Source: an uncultured Candidatus Actinomarina sp.
GTDB taxonomy: Bacteria > Actinomycetota > Acidimicrobiia > Actinomarinales > Actinomarinaceae
Length of the DNA stretch: 64,000 nucleotides
Direction of reading: 5' to 3'
NCBI GenBank assembly: GCA_902626065.1
Contig: CACODT010000001.1
Location: 221,728 to 285,727 of the forward strand
Notes under the pieces: generated by a model
Database searches by the model: none
What the model was told of the DNA's origin: nothing
The model's input: only the letters and a program-made list of their open reading frames with translations
Shown: piece by piece, positions 40,388 to 50,772 of the stretch
Numbering within the stretch: the stretch's first letter is position 1
Layout of the letters: each line of letters starts with the position of its first letter
Made by a program: the position numbers and the translations under genes

Positions 40388-41152
40388 ATGTACTCAACTA
40401 CTCATGAACATCACTTATCAATTCATAAAAACTCTGAATTAAAAAATATTAAACCCCAGCAAAAAGTACTCGGGTGTTTTTTGATTGTACTTTCTATTGC
40501 ATTTTCAGATGTAAGAAATTTGTTTCAAATTTTATCTCACATATTTTTAGTTTTTTATATTCTATCTTTAACAAAAATTCCTTTGAAAACATATTTTAAA
40601 AGGTTAGCCCTCGATATACCTTTTATCTTATTTGCGTTATTTCTTCCATTTTTAAGTAGTGAAAATAATGATAAAGTTTTTGAATTCTTTTCATTTAGTA
40701 TCTATCAAACGGGCATAAATGATATGTTTACTATTCTATTTAAAGCAACCTTGGGTCTATCCGTTGGAATAATTTTAACGGCTGTTACTTCAAGCATGGA
40801 AATTATCTATGGACTTCAAAAATTAAAAGTTCCAAACATAATTATTGCAATTATGTCTTTTACAATTCGCTACATTGATGTATTTATTGACGAATTTAAA
40901 AGAGTTAAGATATCAATGGCGTCTAGGGGTTATGTTGAAAAAGGATTAAAGACACTATTACCAATAGCATATGCATCTGGAGCAATGTTAATAAGAGGGT
41001 ATGAAAGAGGTGAGAGAGTGTATCTATCAATGATATCTAGAGGTTTCAAAGGAAATATTGAATTTAAATCACGTACATATGAAGTTTCTTACAAATTTAA
41101 TATTTGTGTATTATTTTCGGTGGCTACCTTAATATTGGATAAAATTTTATGA
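40388..41152 (+). CDS. cbiQ: ECF transporter transmembrane (T) component, CbiQ/NikQ-like
   Basis: 254 aa, 5-6 TM. The conserved ARG-rich C-terminal loop (ISMASRGY...MISRGF) is typical of EcfT/CbiQ. Confidence 0.7.
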   Translation: MYSTTHEHHLSIHKNSELKNIKPQQKVLGCFLIVLSIAFSDVRNLFQILSHIFLVFYILSLTKIPLKTYFKRLALDIPFILFALFLPFLSSENNDKVFEFFSFSIYQTGINDMFTILFKATLGLSVGIILTAVTSSMEIIYGLQKLKVPNIIIAIMSFTIRYIDVFIDEFKRVKISMASRGYVEKGLKTLLPIAYASGAMLIRGYERGERVYLSMISRGFKGNIEFKSRTYEVSYKFNICVLFSVATLILDKIL

Positions 41153-41895
41153 AGAATTATTTAACAGTTAATAACCTTAGCTATTCATATCCAGATGGCC
41201 ATATAGCTTTAAAGGACGTAGGTTTTGCATTAGATGAGAAAGAGTCTCTAGCAATTTTAGGACCTAATGGAGCAGGAAAGACTACTCTAATACTTCATTT
41301 AAATGGAATTCTTGGAAATTTAACTAAAGAGATCAAAATTAGTAATTTTGAATATACAGATGAAAATATGGCCAACATTAGGAAAACAGTTGGAGTGGTA
41401 TTTCAGGACCCCGATGATCAATTATTTATGCCAACAGTAATTGAAGATGTTATGTTTGGGCCAAAAAATTTTGGATTTGATGAAAAAGAAGCTGAAAATC
41501 TTGCTATTGATGCACTCAAAAAAGTCAATATGATTGATTTTTTAGACAGACCCCCACACCATTTAAGTTATGGACAAAAACGTAAGGTTGCTATAGCTAG
41601 TGTTTTAGCATCAAAACCTAAATTACTAGTTTTGGATGAACCCGGTTCAAATCTTGATCCATCATCTAGAAGAGAACTTATAGAAATACTCAATAATTTA
41701 GATGTATCAAAAATTCTTGTAACTCATGACTTGCCTATGGCATTAGAGATCTGTAAGAGAAGTATTGTTTTAAATGATGGACAAATTACTCGTGATGACG
41801 ATACGTTAAATATTTTAAGAGATGATGAATTTATGAAAAATAATAGATTAGAGCTTCCATATGGATTTGCATTCCATCATTTAGGTGAAGAATAA
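41149..41895 (+). CDS. cbiO: ECF transporter ATPase component, CbiO/NikO-like
   Basis: GPNGAGKTT Walker A, LSYGQKRKVAIA signature and LVLDEPGSNLD Walker B. It overlaps cbiQ by 4 nt. Confidence 0.85.
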   Translation: MKNYLTVNNLSYSYPDGHIALKDVGFALDEKESLAILGPNGAGKTTLILHLNGILGNLTKEIKISNFEYTDENMANIRKTVGVVFQDPDDQLFMPTVIEDVMFGPKNFGFDEKEAENLAIDALKKVNMIDFLDRPPHHLSYGQKRKVAIASVLASKPKLLVLDEPGSNLDPSSRRELIEILNNLDVSKILVTHDLPMALEICKRSIVLNDGQITRDDDTLNILRDDEFMKNNRLELPYGFAFHHLGEE

Positions 41896-42876
41896 GAGTT
41901 ATCCTTCACAAAAGAAACTATTTTTTTTCTAGCCTCATTGGCTTCTTGAATTGGGAAAAATTGCCATCCATGCCATAAATTTTTCCATGTTTGAAGTTCA
42001 TAAGGAATATCATTTTTTTCTAACTTTTTACAAAACTCTATGGCATCGTTATACAGAAGTTCATCTGAACATACTTGGATTAAAGTATTTGGAAATGTCT
42101 CAATTTCTGCGAAGACGGGAGATAAAATTGGATTTGTGACTCCGTACTCTCCTGCATAATATTCGCCAACATTTTTAACACCATCAATAGCTAACAATAT
42201 ATCTTTATTCTTTAAGTATTTTCTGTCTTTATTCTCATCAGATAAATCTAGCCATGGGGACATTAGAATTAATTTATCAGGACTAACATCAAATGTTTCA
42301 TCTACCAAAATGCCCGTAGCTAAACCACCTCCTGCAGAGTCCCCCATCCAAATTGTCTGCTTATCCATCTCAAGCTTACTTATTATTTCAACTGCTTTTT
42401 TTTGCATCTTCATGTGCAGCAGGAAAAATAAACTCCGGAGTTAATGAGTATTCAAAATAATAAAAAGGAATTTCAAGCTCAAAACAAAATTGTGAGATAA
42501 TATTTTTGTACGCAGTAATGCTTCCGTTGTAATATCCTCCACCATGAAAATAAATACCAAATGTATCTTCCACAGCGTTTTTGGGGGTAAATTTATAGAT
42601 ATCCATCTCGCTTGTTCTAACTTTTTCAAGTTGAACATTTTCATTGTATTTATTTAATCTTGAACCGGTATAGTCGTAACCTATTCGGGCAGTCCTAGCA
42701 AAATCAACTCTATCTTGATATGTTTGTTGACTTTTTGGTTTATTAAGTAAAACTTTGTCTTTTAATTTTCTAATTGGAAGAATATTTTTATAGAGTTGTG
42801 TCCTTAAACTGATTGGAAGGCTTGGAATATAATCAAGAGTAAACTTTTCTAATATTTTTAATAATATATTTATCAC
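41877..42876 (-). pseudogene. HSL-family (alpha/beta-hydrolase fold-3) esterase disrupted by a frameshift in an A8 homopolymer
   Basis: The upstream ORF 42388..42876 carries HGGGYYNG (oxyanion HGGG). The downstream ORF 41877..42413 carries GDSAGGG (GDSAG nucleophile) and the later Asp/His region. The two frames overlap across caaaaaaaag at about 42392..42401, and one indel restores a ~330 aa esterase. Confidence 0.55.
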
Positions 42877-42927
42877 ATATCAATTATACAATTTTTCAAG
42901 ATTGAATAAATACCTATAATAGTTTCT

Positions 42928-44013
42928 ATGCAAAAAGTAAATGGTTCAATTGCGATACTTGGTTCAGGAGAAACAAGTCCTAATTTAGTTTCTGTGCATA
43001 GAAATTTAATAAATAGAATCGATGGTGAAGTAATTGCTTCCTTAATAGATACGCCTTTTGGATTTCAAGAAAATGCTGATCAATTAGTTGATAAATTGAT
43101 TGAATTTTATGATGTAAGTCTAAATTTAGAAATTAACTTGGCTAGCTTTAGAAATAAGAAGTATTTTAAATCAGTTGAATACTTTGAGTTTATAAAAAAA
43201 ATTCAAAGTTCAAATTTTATATTTTCAGGACCCGGAAGTCCAAGTTATGCAACAAAAAATTGGATAGATACAGATGTACCAGAAATTTTTAAAGAAAGAC
43301 TCTACTCCGGAAGTAGCTTAATTTTTGCCAGTGCAGCAGCATCAACTTTAGGTATTAGAACAATTCCAGTCTATGAAATATACAAGGTTGGGATTGACCC
43401 CTACTGGGAGAAAGGTATAAATCTTCTTGAAGTTTTTGATATTGATTGTGTGGTTGTTCCACACTTCAATAATAAAGAAGGTGGAAACCATGACACGAGC
43501 TTAAGTTATCTTGGTGCTAAAAGAATGGAAATTCTACAAGAGATTCAACCAACTAATATATTAGGTATTGATGAGCATACAGCTCTTATAATTGATGCAA
43601 AAGAAAATCTTTTTGAAGTTGAAGGGTTAGGACAAGTCACTGTCATTAATCAAAATGAAACTCAAAACTTTAAGAATGGCGAGAAATATAATTTAAATGA
43701 TCTTAGAAAGTTATTAGAAAATACTGAAATAAAATCTATTAAAGCAAATGCTGACAATGATCAAAATTCTCAAGATGAACAAGTTGAAGATGTTTTAAGA
43801 AAAGAAATAGCTGAATTAAGATTGGAAATTGAAAAGAATAATAAAAATTCAGAAAATATAAATAATTTAATCAATAAATTAATTACTTACCGTATAGAAC
43901 TTAGATCATCTCAAAAATATGAAGAATCAGATATCGTTAGAGATTTTCTTACAGAATCAAATATAGAAATTGAAGATGATAAGAATTCTTCCAGCTGGAA
44001 GTTTAAAGATTAA
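42928..44013 (+). CDS. hypothetical protein; N-terminal domain possibly class-I glutamine amidotransferase/peptidase S51-like, C-terminal coiled-coil
   Basis: ILGSGETSP and FSGPGSPS Gly-rich loops. The last ~100 aa are charged heptad-like (EIAELRLEIEKNNKN...). Confidence 0.3.
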   Translation: MQKVNGSIAILGSGETSPNLVSVHRNLINRIDGEVIASLIDTPFGFQENADQLVDKLIEFYDVSLNLEINLASFRNKKYFKSVEYFEFIKKIQSSNFIFSGPGSPSYATKNWIDTDVPEIFKERLYSGSSLIFASAAASTLGIRTIPVYEIYKVGIDPYWEKGINLLEVFDIDCVVVPHFNNKEGGNHDTSLSYLGAKRMEILQEIQPTNILGIDEHTALIIDAKENLFEVEGLGQVTVINQNETQNFKNGEKYNLNDLRKLLENTEIKSIKANADNDQNSQDEQVEDVLRKEIAELRLEIEKNNKNSENINNLINKLITYRIELRSSQKYEESDIVRDFLTESNIEIEDDKNSSSWKFKD

Positions 44014-44818
44014 TTGAGCCGTATTCACCCAAAATTTTAAATTCTTTGGCTACTTGGCTAAGATTATCCATTAAAAGTTGGTCAATTTTTTTGTCAGTAT
44101 TCTGATAATCTACGTAAAACTTATATTCCCAAGGAGACCCCAAAATTGGTCTTGATTCTAATTTTATAAGATTTAATTTTAGAACATCGAACACAGTTAA
44201 AGCCTTAAGTAAGGAGCCAGGCTCATCTGCTGCTATAAGAATTGCAGAACGAATATTTTTTTCTTCAGAAATTTCAAGTGGTTTTTTTCCTGTCAAAAAA
44301 AATCTTGTATAGTTTTCTTCGTGATTAGATATATTTTTCTCAATTATTGTAAATCTTTCATCATTATCAAAATGATCACCTGCTATCGCCCCAACATCAA
44401 ATGATTTAGTCTCTAATAAACTAATTACACTTCCTGCAGTATCAAACACTGGTTGTAATTCAACATCTAAATCATTTAAATATTTACTACATTGTTGAAG
44501 TGCTTGTGGATGAGATATAACTTTTTTTATATCATCTCTTTTTGTTCCTTTAATACCAATCAGGGCATGGTTTATCTTCTTTTTAATTTCTAAATATATT
44601 TCTAAATTGTGTTCAATTAAACTTTCATAAGCTTCTATAACTGTTCCAACAAGAGAATTTTCAACTGGCAAAAGCCCAAATCCTTCTTGGGTCGTATTTT
44701 TAGAGACCTCCTGAAAGGTTTTACAAGAAACTAATTCGTAATCTGAAAATAATTCTAATAATACAGATTCAGAGTATGAACCTTTTGATCCCTGGTAAAA
44801 AATTTTTTCATTTTTCAT
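44003..44818 (-). CDS. pheA: prephenate dehydratase
   Basis: PDT domain plus a C-terminal ACT domain with the ESRP motif (LESRPILGSPWEYKFYVD). Confidence 0.85.
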   Translation of the reverse strand: MKNEKIFYQGSKGSYSESVLLELFSDYELVSCKTFQEVSKNTTQEGFGLLPVENSLVGTVIEAYESLIEHNLEIYLEIKKKINHALIGIKGTKRDDIKKVISHPQALQQCSKYLNDLDVELQPVFDTAGSVISLLETKSFDVGAIAGDHFDNDERFTIIEKNISNHEENYTRFFLTGKKPLEISEEKNIRSAILIAADEPGSLLKALTVFDVLKLNLIKLESRPILGSPWEYKFYVDYQNTDKKIDQLLMDNLSQVAKEFKILGEYGSINL

Positions 44819-45239
44819 TTATATAATCAATTCCTTTTTTGTAACCATCAATACCTAAACCTACAAATGACTCATCACATATATCGTGAATTAAATTTGT
44901 TTTTCTAAAATTTTCCCTTTTTCTAATATCTGTCATATGAACTTCCACGATAGGTAAATTTAGAAGTAATAATGAATCTCTTATTGCCACACTTGTGTGA
45001 GTATATCCACCAGGATTAATTATCAAACCATCAATAGTTTCATTATTGAAAATATTTTGGATAAATTCACAAATTTCTCCCTCATGATTGGATTGATAAA
45101 AAATTAATTCGTCCTGATTGTTTGAGTAGTCTTCAAGTTCAGAAATTAATTCCTTATAAGTAGTTGTTCCATATTTATCAATTTCTCTTTGCCCAAGAAA
45201 ATTTAAATTTGGACCATTGATGATGACAATTTTACCCAT
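44808..45239 (-). CDS. aroQ: 3-dehydroquinate dehydratase, type II
   Basis: IVIINGPNLNFLGQRE and the HxS/T region. 143 aa. Confidence 0.9.
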   Translation of the reverse strand: MGKIVIINGPNLNFLGQREIDKYGTTTYKELISELEDYSNNQDELIFYQSNHEGEICEFIQNIFNNETIDGLIINPGGYTHTSVAIRDSLLLLNLPIVEVHMTDIRKRENFRKTNLIHDICDESFVGLGIDGYKKGIDYINEK

Positions 45240-46233
45240 TTATTAAAACCTCCAAGAGATCATTTATGTGAAAATCAATCAAAATAGGTTTCTCAATATC
45301 TTGTATTAATACGAATTTAATTATGTCATTTGATACTTTCTTATCATTTGAAATTATCTCTTTTAAATAATTGTTGTCATTTGAAAATTTATAATCTGTT
45401 TTTAGTGATTTCTTATTCAAAAATTCTTCAAACTTATGTTTCACATTGTTATCAAGATGGTACTTTGTCTCAGCTATTTCAAGGCCTTTAAGAATACCAA
45501 TAGCTACAGCCTGTCCATGGGAAACACTGTAATTAGAATCTTTTTCAATTAAGTGTCCTATTGTATGTCCTAAATTTAGAAACATTCTTTCATTACTTTC
45601 TTCAATATCATTGTGTAATATACTATTTTTCACTTTTACACTTTTTTTTATTATTTCATCGATATTTTTCATAAAATCATCAACATATATTAAATCAAGT
45701 ATTGTTCTATCCCCTAAAAAGCCAGCCTTAATGGATTCTATTATTCCATTATTAAGTTCACTTTCAGAAAGGGAATCTAAAAATTCTGAGCAAATCAATA
45801 TTTTTTCTGGAATAAAGAAGGTTCCAATTTGATTTTTACCATAGTCGTTGTTAAAACCATTCTTTCCTCCATGAGCTGCATCGACCATCCCAAGCAACGT
45901 CGACGGTATTAAACAAAGTTTTGCACCACGTTTGAACGTACTAGTTGCAAAACCCACCAAATCACTGAGTACACCTCCACCAATCCCAATGACTTTAGAA
46001 TTTCTATCTAAAGATTGATCAAACATAATTGTCCAGAGCTTTTGTATAGTCTCTAAGTCCTTGGTTGATTCATTTATATCAATTTCAAAAATATTTAAAT
46101 TCTCATCTAGGTTGAGAATTGATGAAAGATTAGAGTCAAGAAATACCAGATGATTATCAGTATTTATATAATTTTTCAGATCTATATATAGATCATTAAA
46201 GTTATTTGAGTAATCTATTTCAGATAGCTTCAT
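45232..46233 (-). CDS. aroB: 3-dehydroquinate synthase
   Basis: GGGVLSDLVGFATSTFKRG NAD-binding Gly-rich loop and metal-binding His residues (HTIGH, SHGQAVA). Confidence 0.9.
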   Translation of the reverse strand: MKLSEIDYSNNFNDLYIDLKNYINTDNHLVFLDSNLSSILNLDENLNIFEIDINESTKDLETIQKLWTIMFDQSLDRNSKVIGIGGGVLSDLVGFATSTFKRGAKLCLIPSTLLGMVDAAHGGKNGFNNDYGKNQIGTFFIPEKILICSEFLDSLSESELNNGIIESIKAGFLGDRTILDLIYVDDFMKNIDEIIKKSVKVKNSILHNDIEESNERMFLNLGHTIGHLIEKDSNYSVSHGQAVAIGILKGLEIAETKYHLDNNVKHKFEEFLNKKSLKTDYKFSNDNNYLKEIISNDKKVSNDIIKFVLIQDIEKPILIDFHINDLLEVLING

Positions 46234-46729
46234 TTTTTAACCACGTGTTTTGAATAATTGTTTCCGCTATCATTTTCTCTTTTTTATTTTTGATATCGAT
46301 AATATGTTTCGACTGGTTATATAAATTTTCACGCAATTTATAAAGTTCTGATATCTCCTCTTTACCTTTTTTTACAAGCGGACGCTCTGAATTTGAAATT
46401 CTTTTCCATAAATTCTCAAATGTATCTTTTAGATAAAAACTAAGTTCTGAATTTTTGACTTCATCAAGAATATGTGAGACCTCAAGAGAACCTCCTCCAA
46501 GAGCAATTACGGAATCATTATTTGGCAATGCTTCAAAAGTTTTAAGTTCAATATTACGAAAATATTTTTCACCTTTTGTTTGAAAGATTTTATTTATACT
46601 TCCATATTTTTTTTCAATATTTTCATCTAAGTCAATTGTGTTTACATTTACTATCTGTTTTATTTTTTTGAGGATCGATGTTTTACCAGAACCCATGAAT
46701 CCAACTAAATAGATATTATTCTGTTTCAT
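46220..46729 (-). CDS. aroK: shikimate kinase
   Basis: GFMGSGKTS Walker A and ALGGG motif. 169 aa. Confidence 0.85.
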   Translation of the reverse strand: MKQNNIYLVGFMGSGKTSILKKIKQIVNVNTIDLDENIEKKYGSINKIFQTKGEKYFRNIELKTFEALPNNDSVIALGGGSLEVSHILDEVKNSELSFYLKDTFENLWKRISNSERPLVKKGKEEISELYKLRENLYNQSKHIIDIKNKKEKMIAETIIQNTWLKNEAI

Positions 46730-47894
46730 AGTTCATTTTCCAAGTCTGATTGTCCATGTCAAAATCATCAACATTCAATTTTGAAATACTATCAAAGTTT
46801 TTTACAATTTCTTTTTTGCTGTCCCCTCCAGTTTTAAGTAATAAGTTTCTTAAAATTTCAAATGCCATTGCACTTTCAAAAATTGGGACAGCTCTTGGTA
46901 CCGCACATGTATCTGAACGTTCGTAAACTGTCTCTGTTTCACCCTTTGATGATAAATTTACGCTTTTTATCGGAGTTAAAGTCGTACTAATTGGTTTTAA
47001 ATATGCTTTAACTATAATTTCTTCTCCATTAGTCATACCACCTTCAAAACCTCCAAGATTATTGGATTCTTTTTTGATAGATCCATCTTGTAAAACATAT
47101 TGATCTTGAACATCTGTTCCAAAGTTTCTTGAAGCTTCTATTCCATTACCTATTTCAACAGCTTTTACACTTTGTATTGACATAAATATTCTGGCTAGAT
47201 TTGCATCTAACTTTCTATCCCAATGTACAAAGCTTCCTAATGTAGGAGGTACTCCAGATGCTATTGTTGTGATTGATCCACCAAGAGTATCTTTCTTTTT
47301 TCTTGCTTCTAGTATCTCATTCTCCATATCTTTCCCAGATTTTTCATCTGGACAAGATACAGACGATTCAGTGACTTTTGATTGTAGTTCTTGTAAATCA
47401 ATTATTTTTTCTTGAACATAATCAACTTTTCCAATGCTAGAAACATATCCACAAATATTAATTTCAAAAGTTTCTAAAATTTGAGCCGCTATTGCTCCTA
47501 GAGCACATCTCATAGCTGTTTCCCTCGCACTTGATCTTTCCAGTACTAATCTGATGTCCGAACTATTATATTTTGCAGTTCCTATCAAGTCAGCATGTCC
47601 AGGTCTTGGTACTACATAAGGTTCGATGTCTTTGTCTTTCCAATTTTTCCAATCATTATTTTTAATTTTTAATGTGATTGGCCCCCCAGTAGTTAAGTTG
47701 TTTATTACTCCCGAGGTTATCTCAACTTCATCACTTTCAATATTCATTCTTCCACCTGAACCTAGGCTTTTTTGTCTTCTTTTGAGAAAACTATCAATAT
47801 AGTCTTTTGTCACGTGAAATCCAGCAGGTAGGCCTTCGATGATGCCTGTTAACTCAGGCCCATGGCTTTCACCGGCAGTTAAGAATCTAATCAT
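46716..47894 (-). CDS. aroC: chorismate synthase
   Basis: MIRFLTAGESHGPELTGIIEGLPAG N-terminal signature. 392 aa. Confidence 0.9.
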   Translation of the reverse strand: MIRFLTAGESHGPELTGIIEGLPAGFHVTKDYIDSFLKRRQKSLGSGGRMNIESDEVEITSGVINNLTTGGPITLKIKNNDWKNWKDKDIEPYVVPRPGHADLIGTAKYNSSDIRLVLERSSARETAMRCALGAIAAQILETFEINICGYVSSIGKVDYVQEKIIDLQELQSKVTESSVSCPDEKSGKDMENEILEARKKKDTLGGSITTIASGVPPTLGSFVHWDRKLDANLARIFMSIQSVKAVEIGNGIEASRNFGTDVQDQYVLQDGSIKKESNNLGGFEGGMTNGEEIIVKAYLKPISTTLTPIKSVNLSSKGETETVYERSDTCAVPRAVPIFESAMAFEILRNLLLKTGGDSKKEIVKNFDSISKLNVDDFDMDNQTWKMNYETE

Positions 47895-48675
47895 TGTGAC
47901 CTTCTAGTAATTTGTATAACTCATCATATATATCTAAAACTTGTAAGTTAAGATTTGTCCATATGTTAAAAGACAATACTGCTTGGCAGATAAGCATCCC
48001 TGTACCATCATAAGACTCAAATTCTGAAATAAATTTTTCGAAAAAAGAATTTCTATAACCATATCCAATATTTAAAAATAATTCTAGATTTGTAAATTGA
48101 TTTGTATCTAAATCAAGTGATGCCGTGGATAAATGAGACATCCCAACTGGAGTAGTATTAATCACTAAATCAATTTCAGGAGCAAGTTCTTTTGCATTTA
48201 AATATGAAATTGTCTCATCAGTTTGATTTCTACTTACAACATAAGTTTTTGTTTTATGAGTTGATAAAGCATATTTAATTGCTTTGGAACTTCCACCACT
48301 TCCCAAGATTAATATATTTTTTTTATTCAAATCATATCCAATTTTTTTCAAAAATAGTGTAAAACCTTCAAAGTCAGTATTGAAAAGTTTAATTTTATCA
48401 TCTGTTATTTTTACAGTGTTCGTAGATCCTATTTTTTGGACATGTTCATCAATATTAAAATTGATATCTAAATTTAGTATTTTTTCTTTGTATGGAATTG
48501 TAATATTAAATCCATCAAGATCAGTTATTAATGTATCTACTGATTCTGCTGTTAAATTCTCAATCTTAAATGGCTCATATTTACTATCCAAATTGTTCAT
48601 ATTAAACAAATAGTTCTGAATAATTGGAGAATAAGTTTTTTCGAGTGGCCATCCAATAATTCCATAATTACTCAT
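47887..48675 (-). CDS. aroE: shikimate dehydrogenase
   Basis: MSNYGIIGWPLEKTYSPIIQN (substrate-binding SP motif) and GSGGSSKA NADP-binding. Confidence 0.8.
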   Translation of the reverse strand: MSNYGIIGWPLEKTYSPIIQNYLFNMNNLDSKYEPFKIENLTAESVDTLITDLDGFNITIPYKEKILNLDINFNIDEHVQKIGSTNTVKITDDKIKLFNTDFEGFTLFLKKIGYDLNKKNILILGSGGSSKAIKYALSTHKTKTYVVSRNQTDETISYLNAKELAPEIDLVINTTPVGMSHLSTASLDLDTNQFTNLELFLNIGYGYRNSFFEKFISEFESYDGTGMLICQAVLSFNIWTNLNLQVLDIYDELYKLLEGHND

Positions 48676-49942
48676 TTATTTCACCTCCTAATAGCTTTAT
48701 ATCTTCAAAAAAAGAAGGATATGAATCATTTATGCACTCAAAATTATCAGGAATTATTTTTTTATTGAGTCCTATGTTTGCAACTATTGCTGTCATAGCA
48801 ATTCTATGATCATCAAGTGTTTCAATATTTCCTTTTTTTAATTTTTGGATACCTTGAATCTCAAACCCATCATCAAGCAACTTAATATGACCACCTAAAT
48901 TAAGAATGAAATTTTTCATCGCATCTAATCTATTTGATTCTTTAACTTTTAGCTCTTCAGCGCCAACTACTTTTGTCAATCCTTTGGCTTGTGAGGCAAT
49001 TAAAGTAAAAATTGGAATCTCGTCTATTAAATCGGGAATTTCGTCTTTGCTAACTGTTGTTCCATTAAGTATTGACTTATTTATTTTTATATCACCTATT
49101 ACTTCATTGTTTTCTTCTCTAATATTTAAGATCTCAATTTTTGCTTTCATTCTTTTTAAGACTTTTATAAATCCCAGTCTTCTTTCATTAATTAGCATGT
49201 TGGAAAGAATTATTTCTTTACCTCTTAGTAAACCTAGAGCAATTAAAAAAGCACCTGAAGATATATCGCCTGGAATAGTAATGTTCAATGGTTCTAATTT
49301 AGTTGTTGGTGGGACAGTTAATGTATTTCCAAGCCTCAATATATCTACACCCATAGCTACAAGCATTCTCTCAGTATGATCTCTAGTAGGAACGGTTTCT
49401 TCGATAAGGGTAGGTTCATTATGATAAAGGGAAGCGAGGATTAATGCACTTTTGACCTGAGCACTTGGTACTTTAGTATTTTGAAAACTGAATGAGTATT
49501 CTTTTGGATGAAAATTTATTGGTAAAAAATTATTTTTTATCTTCATCTGAGCTCCATGACCAACCAATAAATCAGTAATTCTATTCATTGGTCTTTTATT
49601 TAATTGAGTGCTGCCAATTAATGTTGAAGAAAATTTTTGTTTAGATAATAATCCAATAAGCAATCTAGCGGTTGTTCCAGAATTCTTAGCATTAAGCTCA
49701 TTGTTTGGTTTTTTTAATCCATTTATTCCTTGACCAGTTATTGAAACATTATCCTCGATTTTTACATCAGCCCCCATTTGTTCAACAATTTTTAAAGAGG
49801 CTTTTGTATCTTCGCTTATTAATAAATTCTTAATTACAGATGTGCCCTCTGCTAAAGCAGAAAACAAAATTGCCCTATGGGATATAGATTTATCTCCTAT
49901 CACTTGAACTGTTCCGGATAACCCTCGATTAATAAATTTCAA
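48668..49942 (-). CDS. aroA: 3-phosphoshikimate 1-carboxyvinyltransferase (EPSP synthase)
   Basis: LSGTVQVIGDKSISHRA motif. The start is proposed at the TTG at 49942, which forms TTGA coupling with the tyrA stop. The ATG at 49987 would add an atypical 15-aa N-terminus. Confidence 0.85.
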   Translation of the reverse strand: MKFINRGLSGTVQVIGDKSISHRAILFSALAEGTSVIKNLLISEDTKASLKIVEQMGADVKIEDNVSITGQGINGLKKPNNELNAKNSGTTARLLIGLLSKQKFSSTLIGSTQLNKRPMNRITDLLVGHGAQMKIKNNFLPINFHPKEYSFSFQNTKVPSAQVKSALILASLYHNEPTLIEETVPTRDHTERMLVAMGVDILRLGNTLTVPPTTKLEPLNITIPGDISSGAFLIALGLLRGKEIILSNMLINERRLGFIKVLKRMKAKIEILNIREENNEVIGDIKINKSILNGTTVSKDEIPDLIDEIPIFTLIASQAKGLTKVVGAEELKVKESNRLDAMKNFILNLGGHIKLLDDGFEIQGIQKLKKGNIETLDDHRIAMTAIVANIGLNKKIIPDNFECINDSYPSFFEDIKLLGGEINE

Positions 49943-50772
49943 CTTAATGGTCTCTCTCCAAACTTTTCTGATAAAGCTCTTCTCCACTCAACTGACGAGG
50001 TGAGGTATTCTATTAATTGATTTTTCTCCTGAAGTGTCATTAATGAGGATATTTCATCAATTAGTGAAATAAGAAATTTATTTATATTTTCAGAGTTTGT
50101 GTTGTACATGTCTATTATCATTTCTGGATTTGTTCTTGTTAGCCTTGTTGCGCCATCGAATCCACCAGCTGCTAAACCCATAATTTCATCTATTTCATAA
50201 TCTTTTTTAGCTACCCCAACCAATGCTGAACTTATTAAATGTGGCAAATGACTGGTAATAGATAGTATTTCATCATGTTTTTTTCGATCTATCCACACTT
50301 CTTTGCAGTTCAATATGTTTACTAAATCTCTGGCGATTTTTTTTGAATTATCATTCATAGATTCTGTTTCACAAAGTAAAAATGTTGCATCATCGTACAT
50401 TTCTGGTGTAGGTTCCCAGATTCTATTATCAGCTAAACCACACAAAGGATGACCACCTACAGAAGGTATTTTGGAGTTATCCATAAGATCACAAATTGAT
50501 TCTTTAGTACCACCAATATCAATTAATAATTTTGAATCATAAATTTCATTACCCTCTGATAGGAATGACACTATATTATTTATCGGCATAGATAGAACTG
50601 TCACATCATAACTTTCTTCTTTAGATTTTGTATCAATACCAAATTTTTCAGCTCTATTTTCTGCTTCCTTATCAACGTCCTGACCAAAAACATCTATACC
50701 TTTACTTTTTAAATTGATTCCAAGGTTTGCACCCATCAATCCAAGGCCAATTATTTTTACTTTGTTAATCAT
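49939..50772 (-). CDS. tyrA: prephenate dehydrogenase
   Basis: MINKVKIIGLGLMGANLG Rossmann N-terminus and the PDH catalytic domain with His (SHLPHLIS). Confidence 0.8.
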   Translation of the reverse strand: MINKVKIIGLGLMGANLGINLKSKGIDVFGQDVDKEAENRAEKFGIDTKSKEESYDVTVLSMPINNIVSFLSEGNEIYDSKLLIDIGGTKESICDLMDNSKIPSVGGHPLCGLADNRIWEPTPEMYDDATFLLCETESMNDNSKKIARDLVNILNCKEVWIDRKKHDEILSITSHLPHLISSALVGVAKKDYEIDEIMGLAAGGFDGATRLTRTNPEMIIDMYNTNSENINKFLISLIDEISSLMTLQEKNQLIEYLTSSVEWRRALSEKFGERPLS

